21,141 bases of DNA from Candidatus Hermodarchaeota archaeon (lineage in GTDB: Archaea > Asgardarchaeota > Hermodarchaeia > Hermodarchaeales > Hermodarchaeaceae), in NCBI GenBank assembly GCA_016839805.1, contig JAEOTO010000029.1:1-21141 (forward strand), given 5' to 3'. The position numbers were made by a program, and so were the translations under genes. Of the stretch, positions 9,571 to 17,434 are shown in pieces. The notes below the pieces were generated by a model. That model searched no databases and was not told the DNA's origin. It saw nothing but the letters and a program-made list of their open reading frames with translations. The first letter of the stretch is position 1. The number at the start of each line of letters is the position of its first letter.

Positions 9571-9626
9571 AATACAGTTAAATTTTTGACGGTTAAAAAT
9601 TTGACGGTCAAGAATTTGACGGTTAA
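9571..9626. promoter_or_regulatory. Tandem palindromic operator array (TTGACnGTYAA x3 plus one degenerate copy, 15-bp period)
   Basis: TTGACGGTTAA at 9586, TTGACGGTCAA (perfect palindrome) at 9601, TTGACGGTTAA at 9616, and degenerate AATACAGTTAA at 9571. TATA-like TTTATAAA (9532) and CTTATAT (9562) are adjacent. Confidence 0.75.
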
Positions 9627-9731
9627 ATACTCTCGAGTTTACCTCAGAGGCTAGTTTGAGTGCAGGGCTAGAATTTTACTCCACACGAAATACAGCCCCT
9701 TCAACCCCTCTGTGACTTACCCCATCAGGAG

Positions 9732-10886
9732 ATGAATGCAATGTCTGCCAAACTGGCAATATTAGGCGCGGGACACGGAGGCCAAGGGCTAGCAGCCTAT
9801 CTTGCCCTTGCTGGTCACGAAATATGTCTTTACAATCGATCAAAATCCCGACTACTTCCAATACAAAAGCAAAATGGGATCCATGTTGAGGGAGTTGTTA
9901 ATGGGTTTGCTAGGTTAGCCAGTTGTACCTCTAACATTCGAAAAGCGCTCTCCGATGTGAATTTAGTTTTTCTTGTGGTTCCTGCGTCCGCCCATCGTGA
10001 TATCGCCCAACAATGCGCTCCCAATCTTACACCCGAACAAGTGATTGTACTTATTCCAGGACGAACAGGTGGTGCATTAGAGTTCTCTGCCATTGTGGAG
10101 AGTCTCACTGGTTGGCGGCCAATTATTGCAGAGGCACAGACATTTCCCCTTGTAAGTCGAGTGATAGAGTCTGGAAACGCTTATGTCTCGGCTATTAAGT
10201 CAGAACTTCCCGTAGCTGCTTTTCCAGCAAAACAAACCAAAATGATCTGCGACTTGATTTCGTCCGTTCTCCCAGGTGTCCGGGAGGCCGAAGATGTACT
10301 CGAAACGGGTCTTACCAATATTGGTTCCGTATTTCATCCCGCGCCATTGCTTCTCAATATTGGACGAGCCGAAACCACCAACGGCCAATATAACCACTAT
10401 CTCGAGGGCGTCTCACCTTCGATTGCGCGCTTCATCGAGCATATTGACGCAGAAAGGGTTGCTGTCGGGCACGCCCTTGGTAAGGATATCCTTTCTGCGG
10501 TTGAATGGTTACATAAAGTCTACGACTCAAAAGGAAACACCTTGTATGAATCCTTGCACACGACTTCCTGTTACCAAGGATTGGGAGCCCCAAATTCGCT
10601 AAACCATCGATATATCTTCGAAGATGTGCCAACCGGGTTGGTTCCAATTGCTGCAATTGGTGAATTAGTTGGCGTACCCACTCCTACAATTCAAGCAACA
10701 ATTACCATGGCATCACAATTATGTGGTCGTAACTTCTGGCGGGAAGGACGTAACGCAGAAAATCTTGGTATTACGGATCTCTCTCCAACTGAATTACTGA
10801 TGTATGTCTGGGAGGGGTCTCTTGCAGCCCTCGAGGTCGCTGGCGAACTGGCCTTGGTCACAGAAGAAATGGAGGAGGCTGATTGA
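9732..10886 (+). CDS. NAD/NADP octopine/nopaline (opine) dehydrogenase family protein
   Basis: Rossmann motif ILGAGHGG, plus PGRTGGALEF, LTNIGSVFHP, IDAERVAVG and HRYIFEDVPTGLVP of the opine DH C-terminal domain. Confidence 0.9.
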   Translation: MNAMSAKLAILGAGHGGQGLAAYLALAGHEICLYNRSKSRLLPIQKQNGIHVEGVVNGFARLASCTSNIRKALSDVNLVFLVVPASAHRDIAQQCAPNLTPEQVIVLIPGRTGGALEFSAIVESLTGWRPIIAEAQTFPLVSRVIESGNAYVSAIKSELPVAAFPAKQTKMICDLISSVLPGVREAEDVLETGLTNIGSVFHPAPLLLNIGRAETTNGQYNHYLEGVSPSIARFIEHIDAERVAVGHALGKDILSAVEWLHKVYDSKGNTLYESLHTTSCYQGLGAPNSLNHRYIFEDVPTGLVPIAAIGELVGVPTPTIQATITMASQLCGRNFWREGRNAENLGITDLSPTELLMYVWEGSLAALEVAGELALVTEEMEEAD

Positions 10887-12634
10887 GAATGACCAAAACG
10901 CGCAAACCAACGAAAGCGAACAAACACATTCTGGGCGCGTGTTTAGGGAATTGTGTCCACGTTGCAGGGACGCTAAATTTCTTACAATTGGCAAAGGCCA
11001 AGGGATATTCCACGAAGTTTCTAGGACCTGCGACACCCATCTCCACGATTCTCGATGAAGTGGAGGAAACCAGTGCTCCGATTATTGGGTTAAGCTACCG
11101 GCTTACACCGGCAGCGGCATATCGCCTTGCACAGGAGCTTAAAAAAGAAGTACACGACCGTGGGCTTACTAATCGAATTTGGATCTTTGGAGGAACAACC
11201 CCTGTTACCGAGAAAGTGCGTGAAGTGGGATTCTTTGACTTTTACTTCGATGGTAATTCAACCGATGAAGACGTACTCATGTTTTTGGACGCTGACTGTG
11301 ACCCGCAACAGTTGGAGGAAAGGGTTCAGAGCTTAGATCGTGCCGCCCATGCCACGACTTTATTGGAACGGATGGCTGAACGGAAGCCCTGGCCTGTCAT
11401 TCGGCATCATTTTGGAGTACCAAGTTTAGAAGAGACGATTCAAGGAATCGCGAAGATTGCTGACGCCAAATGTTTGGATATCCTCTCTATTGGTCCCGAT
11501 CAAAACGCTCAACAGTTCTTCTTTCGCCCCGACGCAATGAAAGACACAGTAGAAGGCGCGGGTGGTGTCCCGATTCGAACCGAAGAGAATCTTCGCGCCA
11601 TATATGATGCCTCACAGCGGGGCAACTATCCTCTTCTACGATGCTACAGTGGCACCCAAGACCTCCTGAAATGGGCTAAGCTTCTCCACAAGACCATCAA
11701 CAACGCGTGGGGAGTGACACCCATCAACTGGTATAGCGCTCTTGATGGGCGAAGCACTCGACCCCTGGCGGATGCCATCCAAGAGAACATGAAAAACATT
11801 ACCTGGCATGGCAAACAGGGTATTCCTGTTGAAGTGAATGAGCCTCACCATTGGAGCCTACGGCAGGCCCATGATACCATTGCAGTTGCATCGGCATTCT
11901 GGTCGGCGTTTATCGCCAAGTCCATGGGAGTACAGCATTACATTGCTCAACTAATGATGAATACCCCACTAGGCACGTCTCCTGCTATGGATCTTGCGAA
12001 AATGTGGGCCAAACTCGCCTTGGTCGAATCATTACAAGATGATTCATTCAAGGTAATTCGGCAAGTGCGTGCTGGGCTCTTCAGCTTTCCCGTCGACCTC
12101 GATGCGGCCAAGGGTCAATTAGCAGCCTCTGCGTATACCTCGATGATGTTAGAACCTGCGATAGTCCATGTCGTGGGGTTCTGTGAGGCCGATCACGCTG
12201 CTACGGCTGATGATGTCATAATGAGCTGTAAAATTGTCCGGCAAGTTATCAAAGAGTGTAGAAGGGGCGTACCCAACCCACGGCTGGACCCACAGATATT
12301 CGCACGAAAGGATCAGCTCGTTAGCGAAGCGAGTCTGCTTCTGAGGGTCTTAGCAGAGCTTCCTGACGATAAATCGCTTCATCCGTTGTTGAATCCAGCA
12401 ACCTATGTGCTGGCTTTGAAGCAGGGAATTTTGGATGCGCCTGGCTTGAAAGGCAATCCCGCTGCTCGTGGACAACTTCAAACTCAGATGATCGATGGAG
12501 CCTGCTATGCCGTTGATGAAAATGGTAAAATTCTCTCCGAGTCGAACCGTCTTGAGGTAATCATTCCCAAGGAATTAGAAGCTTCAGAGAAACGACCAAA
12601 AATAAATGAAAAGTTGGAACAGCAAAATGCTTGA
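10883..12634 (+). CDS. Cobalamin-binding domain protein fused to a large uncharacterised catalytic (probably barrel) domain
   Basis: N-terminal B12-binding motif variant GNCVHVAG ... IGLSYRL ... FGGT. The ~430-aa C-terminal domain has RHHFG, RCYSGT, EPHHWSLR and HVVGFCEADHAA. It overlaps the upstream stop (TTGA), with an alternative ATG at 10889. Confidence 0.8.
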   Translation: MRMTKTRKPTKANKHILGACLGNCVHVAGTLNFLQLAKAKGYSTKFLGPATPISTILDEVEETSAPIIGLSYRLTPAAAYRLAQELKKEVHDRGLTNRIWIFGGTTPVTEKVREVGFFDFYFDGNSTDEDVLMFLDADCDPQQLEERVQSLDRAAHATTLLERMAERKPWPVIRHHFGVPSLEETIQGIAKIADAKCLDILSIGPDQNAQQFFFRPDAMKDTVEGAGGVPIRTEENLRAIYDASQRGNYPLLRCYSGTQDLLKWAKLLHKTINNAWGVTPINWYSALDGRSTRPLADAIQENMKNITWHGKQGIPVEVNEPHHWSLRQAHDTIAVASAFWSAFIAKSMGVQHYIAQLMMNTPLGTSPAMDLAKMWAKLALVESLQDDSFKVIRQVRAGLFSFPVDLDAAKGQLAASAYTSMMLEPAIVHVVGFCEADHAATADDVIMSCKIVRQVIKECRRGVPNPRLDPQIFARKDQLVSEASLLLRVLAELPDDKSLHPLLNPATYVLALKQGILDAPGLKGNPAARGQLQTQMIDGACYAVDENGKILSESNRLEVIIPKELEASEKRPKINEKLEQQNA

Positions 12635-12782
12635 AGAATTAGATCAAACAAATGACCAAGTGTGTCAATGTGGATTTCCGTTACACCCCGAAGATGATAT
12701 CTGTATAGCATGTCTGCCTCCCCAATTTCGAATGACCCTTGGTCGCCAAACAAATATGTATCATCTTCTAGAAATCAATTAA
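12627..12782 (+). CDS. Small Cys4 Zn-finger-like protein (51 aa, below the ORF-track cutoff)
   Basis: MLEELDQTNDQVCQCGFPLHPEDDICIACLPPQFRMTLGRQTNMYHLLEIN contains CxC-x10-CxxC. The ATG overlaps the end of the B12 gene by 8 nt. Confidence 0.6.
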   Translation: MLEELDQTNDQVCQCGFPLHPEDDICIACLPPQFRMTLGRQTNMYHLLEIN

Positions 12783-12878
12783 AGATGAGCACACCTAGAT
12801 TTGGATTAATCTTCTCTTATTTTTTCCCTTCAAAAACCAAAGTTTCGGAGAACGGTTTTCTCACAGTCAAGAACACAG

Positions 12879-12918
12879 GTAGATATGTCTTCGACACTTG
12901 CACAGGTCTGCAGATAAC
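12879..12918 (+). repeat. Dispersed repeat, right-hand box only (GTCTTCGA at 12887)
   Basis: GTAGATATGTCTTCGACAC-...-GCAGATAAC (spacer one base longer than most copies), located between convergent genes. Confidence 0.65.
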
Positions 12919-12927
12919 CCCATAATC

Positions 12928-13140
12928 CTATGGCTTCTTTATAATGCCCCACTCTATTCGTTGGAAGATGCGTTCTAAGACATAGTAAAGAATGGTTTTT
13001 ACAAGGTTAGCGATAAGTGCAATCATGATCGACGTCTCGATGCTCCCTGTAAATAACAATGCGATCAAATATGTGACTGACAAGGCGATTGCTCGCCAAA
13101 TCAATGACTTGACTAATGAACGAGTTCTTGTCTCTTTCAA
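12928..13140 (-). CDS. DUF2061 family small membrane protein
   Basis: ETRTRSLVKSLIWR..., two TM segments and LYYVLERIFQRIEWG. An AGGTGGAG RBS precedes the TTG start. Confidence 0.85.
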   Translation of the reverse strand: MKETRTRSLVKSLIWRAIALSVTYLIALLFTGSIETSIMIALIANLVKTILYYVLERIFQRIEWGIIKKP

Positions 13141-13380
13141 CTATCTCCACCTAGCTCAGGATTAAATCGAAAGTTTTGTTAACAAGTAATTTGTATAAAT
13201 GTTTGCCTCTAAAATGGTCCACAGCTTGATTTTTTTTGGTTTTTCTGTCACTACTCGCTCTCTTGCAATACTGGAATAACTAAAGCGTTCATACCAATTA
13301 GTGATTATACTTATAGATGCATGCATAAGTAAATAAGTGTGTTCACCGAAATATGCTCAAAATATCCTATTAACTCTGTG

Positions 13381-13932
13381 ATGGCAATGGCTTTCAATTC
13401 CAAAAACTTTGGACGGTTAATCGAAGGGTATACAATCATAATCGGGATCGGAGTAGTCATCGCCATAGCTAGCATTATAGCTTTTGGCATTCTGCTTATG
13501 CTTGGCTTCCCTGGGTTTTCTGTTCCTCTCATTTTTCTGTTCATTGGTATGTGGATTGCTGCAAGCCAATGGAATGAACTTGGTAGAATGAAAATTGTAG
13601 CTGGCTTTGTTGCCTCAGTTACTTACTCAACGCGAATTTCCACAGCCAGCAATTTACTCAAAATGAAAACCCACGAGTTCATTCATTGTGTAACCAAGCT
13701 AATCACACGCGGTGTCACTGAAATCGACTTATTCCCTGAAGTTGATGCCTTTGGCCCAAAGGGGTCGAAACGACCGCAATCACTTCCCCAAGCCTATCGC
13801 CCAAGTGCTATTACACCATTAAATCCTTATCAACGAATCACTACCATCCTTCAATGGATTGGACTTATTGGCACACTCATTGCCATCATTTACCATATCT
13901 TCGCACTATTTCGCATTCTTGGAACAATCTAA
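13381..13932 (+). CDS. Hypothetical membrane protein (2 N-terminal TM, soluble middle domain, C-terminal TM)
   Basis: Long ORF with clear hydrophobic segments. The start is uncertain (13339, 13381 or 13387). Confidence 0.65.
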   Translation: MAMAFNSKNFGRLIEGYTIIIGIGVVIAIASIIAFGILLMLGFPGFSVPLIFLFIGMWIAASQWNELGRMKIVAGFVASVTYSTRISTASNLLKMKTHEFIHCVTKLITRGVTEIDLFPEVDAFGPKGSKRPQSLPQAYRPSAITPLNPYQRITTILQWIGLIGTLIAIIYHIFALFRILGTI

Positions 13933-14037
13933 GCATCGTCAGATACACAATAACGATAACATAGGTTTCAATAGACTGTTTACTAGGCTGAAATGAAGGA
14001 TTTTTAATTCTATGAAATTCACCCTCTCCTCCAAGAC

Positions 14038-14130
14038 TACGATGTGAAACAAATCATCTTTCACGTCATTCGTAAGAAATCGCATATATGTCTTCGACAC
14101 CTATTCGAATAGCGTAAAACCCATGGAAAA
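14038..14130 (+). repeat. Dispersed bipartite repeat, full copy 1
   Basis: TACGATGTGAAACAAATCATCTTTCACGTCATT-N11-GCATATATGTCTTCGA-N14-GCGTAAAAC-N5-GAAAA. Confidence 0.9.
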
Positions 14131-14204
14131 AACCTACTACAAGAAACACTCCAGTAAACATTTCTCTTCCGAAAATAGATTACTATATAATTTAAACAGG
14201 TGAT

Positions 14205-14912
14205 GTGATTTTCATGGTCAATATCGGACGAAGACTTCTTCTCCTCTTAATTGGACCCATTCTTTTCGCCCTGGGATTAGTCTTGGGGCTAGTTATCCTG
14301 ATTTTTATTATGTTTCCTACTTTGATGATCCTCTTCTACATCGGACTGCCAGCCATCATTGTGGTCACCGAATTACTATTTCTCTACATCGTGTACAAGT
14401 TTCTCCACCAAGAATCGTCATCACTGTCAGAACTAATAGGCTATGACCGACAAACACTTAGCCAAGATGTTGTGTGGATCGTTGTAACCTTTGGTATCTT
14501 CTATTTGACATTCTGTGCGGGGTTCCTTGTATTATGGCTCATCAATCCCCCGTATTATGCCATCTATATCTCTTATTTTCGCACACCGCTACCGCTCTTC
14601 TCCATGCTGTTCTACACCATCGTTGTATCCATCACCGCAGGCATAGCCGAAGAAACAATCTGGCGTGGATACGCCATCACTCGCCTAGAAAAGGTTACTT
14701 CCAGACGATGGCTAGCTGTCTTTATTGCTGCCCTCTCTTGGAGCCTTTTTCATTTTGACCCCTTCAAAACACCAGTCACCCTCATTAGCGGAGTAATTCT
14801 CGGCAGCCTCTATCTAAAACTTCAACGGGCTTTTCCTCTTATAGTCGGACACACGCTATTCAACATCATTGGCTATGCCGTTCCCTTCCTCCTCTTCATC
14901 TGGCTCCCTTAA
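14205..14912 (+). CDS. CPBP (Abi/CAAX type II) intramembrane glutamic endopeptidase
   Basis: AEETIWRGY, WSLFH and GHTLFN motifs in a multi-TM protein. Confidence 0.92.
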   Translation: MIFMVNIGRRLLLLLIGPILFALGLVLGLVILIFIMFPTLMILFYIGLPAIIVVTELLFLYIVYKFLHQESSSLSELIGYDRQTLSQDVVWIVVTFGIFYLTFCAGFLVLWLINPPYYAIYISYFRTPLPLFSMLFYTIVVSITAGIAEETIWRGYAITRLEKVTSRRWLAVFIAALSWSLFHFDPFKTPVTLISGVILGSLYLKLQRAFPLIVGHTLFNIIGYAVPFLLFIWLP

Positions 14913-14963
14913 CTCTTCTTCAAAGGTAAATATCCTGTATTGAGAAAATCGCTTAATCGAATA

Positions 14964-14996
14964 TTAATTACGAAACACATCATCTTTCACATCATT
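14964..14996 (+). repeat. Dispersed repeat, palindromic site only (left arm degenerate)
   Basis: TTAATTACGAAACACATCATCTTTCACATCATT has an intact right arm and a core with one substitution. There is no downstream GTCTTCGA box, and it lies between convergent genes. Confidence 0.8.
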
Positions 14997-15056
14997 GTAT
15001 TCGTCACAAACGATTTGAAAGATTTTTTTTAGGTTCATTGGGATGGAAAAAGCTAA

Positions 15057-15572
15057 TCAATCGTGTCCACTGTTAAGTTTTCTCAGCTGCTGTACGAGCT
15101 CCTTAAAAATCGGTATAGCTTGATTTAATGTCTTTTCCAGCTGTTCTAATTGTTGTGCTAACAATTGGACTTCTGTTATCTTTGATTCATTCAGTCGAGA
15201 ACGATCCAACCTGCGAGCAGACTCTGCCAATGAAACAATGGGCTCATGAACTCGTTCAGCGATAATAAGCCAACGTTCAATTGCACTTACAAATAGTGAA
15301 GTCATGGACGTTCCAATTTGATAGAGATAGCTCCGGTGGCCCGGTTCTTTGAATCGCCGGACTGAACCTAAATTTACTAATTGGTCTAAAGTCCGGCTGA
15401 CGGCTGAAATACTATAGCCTGTCCATTGAGCAATACTCTTTTGACTACGTGGTTGTGGAGCCAAGAAAAGACTGGCGAGAATCCGACCATGAATTGGCTT
15501 GAATCCTCTTTCTTCAGCAATTTGTTCTAGCAATTGAATGAACTGGGTGCGTACAGATTGGAAATCAGACAC
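15057..15572 (-). CDS. GbsR/MarR-family transcriptional regulator
   Basis: GFKPIHGRILASLFLAPQPRSQKSIAQWTGYSISAVSRTLDQLVNLG HTH with a C-terminal coiled coil. The likely start is GTG 15572, because the ORF-track start at 15734 overlaps the divergent gene. Confidence 0.85.
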   Translation of the reverse strand: MSDFQSVRTQFIQLLEQIAEERGFKPIHGRILASLFLAPQPRSQKSIAQWTGYSISAVSRTLDQLVNLGSVRRFKEPGHRSYLYQIGTSMTSLFVSAIERWLIIAERVHEPIVSLAESARRLDRSRLNESKITEVQLLAQQLEQLEKTLNQAIPIFKELVQQLRKLNSGHD

Positions 15573-15614
15573 GATGGATACCGTAGTAAATGTTGTAATG
15601 CAAAGATTTATATA

Positions 15615-15643
15615 TTTTGTTAATTTTGCATAATTTGACAAAA
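15615..15643. promoter_or_regulatory. Imperfect inverted repeat, candidate operator in the divergent promoter
   Basis: TTTTGTTAATTT-TGCAT-AATTTGACAAAA lies immediately after TATA-like TTTATATA (15607-15614), between the regulator and yip1. Confidence 0.45.
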
Positions 15644-15656
15644 ATAGCAAAAATTG

Positions 15657-16265
15657 GTGATTAAATTGCCTATAAAAACCGACTTTACAAAAGCTTGGAA
15701 AATCATTGTACACCCAAAGGAGCTCTTCAGCCAAGAGCGGGATATCAAAGGTTATTGGCCTGTGCTCCGATTCTATCTATTATTAAATGTAGTACTCGCA
15801 GTACTAACGCCCGTTGTCAACTGGTTTCATGTTCCCAGCGACATCGTGCACGCAGGCACTAATGCACAGATGGGAGCCTTCATTGTTGCTCCTTTCCTCG
15901 AAAGTAGTACAGGTATTAGCCGCTATGTTTGGGTTGGTTTACTGACCTATGCAGGGAATATATTCAAATTCCCAATTCTAGGTCTTATCTTTCATGGCTT
16001 TGCCAAGATTCTTCGTTGTCGCGGGACCTTCTTAGACTCTTTCAAAGTAGGCGTGTATTCAACTGCACCCATGTTATTATTCGGATGGATCCCCTTCTTT
16101 GGACTCATCTCAGGATTATGGGTCGGTTACCTCTATGTGGTCGCATTGAACCAGCTCCACGAAGTCTCCTTTGGCCCCGCAATCGCGCTCATTAACCTAA
16201 TGATTGGTGTACAGCTTGTTTGGGCATTCCTGTTTGGCTGGATTGGAAGTCCTATCCCATGGTAA
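15657..16265 (+). CDS. Yip1-domain membrane protein
   Basis: WKIIVHPKELFSQ, ~5 TM segments, GTFLDSFKVGVYSTAPMLLFGWIP and LWVGYLYVVALNQLH. The start is uncertain (15654-15667). Confidence 0.82.
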   Translation: MIKLPIKTDFTKAWKIIVHPKELFSQERDIKGYWPVLRFYLLLNVVLAVLTPVVNWFHVPSDIVHAGTNAQMGAFIVAPFLESSTGISRYVWVGLLTYAGNIFKFPILGLIFHGFAKILRCRGTFLDSFKVGVYSTAPMLLFGWIPFFGLISGLWVGYLYVVALNQLHEVSFGPAIALINLMIGVQLVWAFLFGWIGSPIPW

Positions 16266-16661
16266 AAAGAATCCACCTAATTACAGTCTATTCATTTGTT
16301 CAGTTTTTTTGCACACGATAGCTGTTATTCTTAGTTTAGTAACTTCGATAGGAATAAACGTACTAATTCGTCGTCGAAAACTGCAGGTTCGAGTTAAACG
16401 TATCAAAGATAAATCTCCCCTTCCTTGCCAAATGCCGGATCACAGACAACAAACAGCCCTCCAAACTTTCTAAGGTTTCCAGACAAATATACTACTTTAG
16501 GGATGACGTAGGAAATACCGGGTGCGGAACGATGGTATGCCTACTCTGTTCAAATCTAAATGTCACATATTCTACCATAGAGTCTCTACCCCATCGCAGT
16601 TATACAGATATTTCATTTTTGCATCATGATTTAATTAGTAAAAAGTTGCATAGATTGCTCT

Positions 16662-16859
16662 ATGTCATCAGAAGGAATAACTGCAACGAAAGTCTTTCAA
16701 TTAATCCTGGTTCTGATTAGCATGATCCTTGGTATTACAGCGGTGGTCGTCTCATATTTTGGCTTACCACCCCCTTATGATGCTGAGCCACTGTTAGGAT
16801 TTGGATTATTCCTCCTAGCTCTGGCTGGCTTAATTGGTGCTCTAAAGAAAAAAACCTAA
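16662..16859 (+). CDS. Small two-TM hypothetical protein
   Basis: 65 aa, ATG start, two hydrophobic helices and a basic C-terminus (KKKT). Confidence 0.65.
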   Translation: MSSEGITATKVFQLILVLISMILGITAVVVSYFGLPPPYDAEPLLGFGLFLLALAGLIGALKKKT

Positions 16860-16930
16860 GAATGACCATAGACTTTCCGGGTTTGCTAATCGTAGCAGGA
16901 TATTTACAGAACTCTCGATAAGGACCTCGC

Positions 16931-17279
16931 TCAGAAAAAAATAGTTGATATGCCTGAGGCTAATTCGAGCAAGTTCAAGCGAATGGGGGATGTAGAAGCA
17001 TATACACCTAATTTTGATTTAATCTGTTCATTCGCCATTGAAAAACAATAGCCTTTTCTTTCATCATTAACTATTGTTTTACTTTGGGGGGAGTTATATG
17101 CCGGTGGGAAAAGTGCCACTTTAAGCTCATTTCCGATATCTTTCTCTATGAATTGGATTAAATTTGATAAGCTTTCACTGAGTGTTATCTTTTTAGACCA
17201 GTAATGGGTGATGTCCGCTTTACTGAGATTTTGAGAGTAAAAGAGAAAGGATCGTTCTCTCCAGAATCTGATTAGAACC
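16931..17279 (-). pseudogene. Probable 3' gene fragment running into the repeat
   Basis: A ~115-codon, protein-like, AT-rich open frame whose only upstream ATG lies inside repeat copy 2. Confidence 0.35.
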
Positions 17280-17371
17280 AATGACGTGAAACAAATCATC
17301 TTTCACATCATTAGTAAGAAACAGCATCTACGTCTTCGAATTCCATCAGAAGAGCGCATAACACCCGAAAA
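17280..17371 (+). repeat. Dispersed bipartite repeat, full copy 2
   Basis: AATGACGTGAAACAAATCATCTTTCACATCATT-N11-GCATCTACGTCTTCGA-N14-GCGCATAAC-ACCC-GAAAA. Confidence 0.9.
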
Positions 17372-17434
17372 AACGGAGTGCTCTATCCTTAATAAGCACC
17401 AGGCTCTTGGACTTAGTTGTGAGGTGATGCACAT

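Noticed and set aside
9630-9731. Cobalamin riboswitch upstream of the B12 operon
   Set aside because: No recognisable B12 box or conserved GGGAA/GCCACTG core is visible. Only a generic hairpin is reported.
14038-14070. CRP/FNR-type operator (TGTGA...TCACA)
   Set aside because: The half-sites are 13 bp apart rather than 6, the spacer is conserved, and one copy lies between convergent genes.
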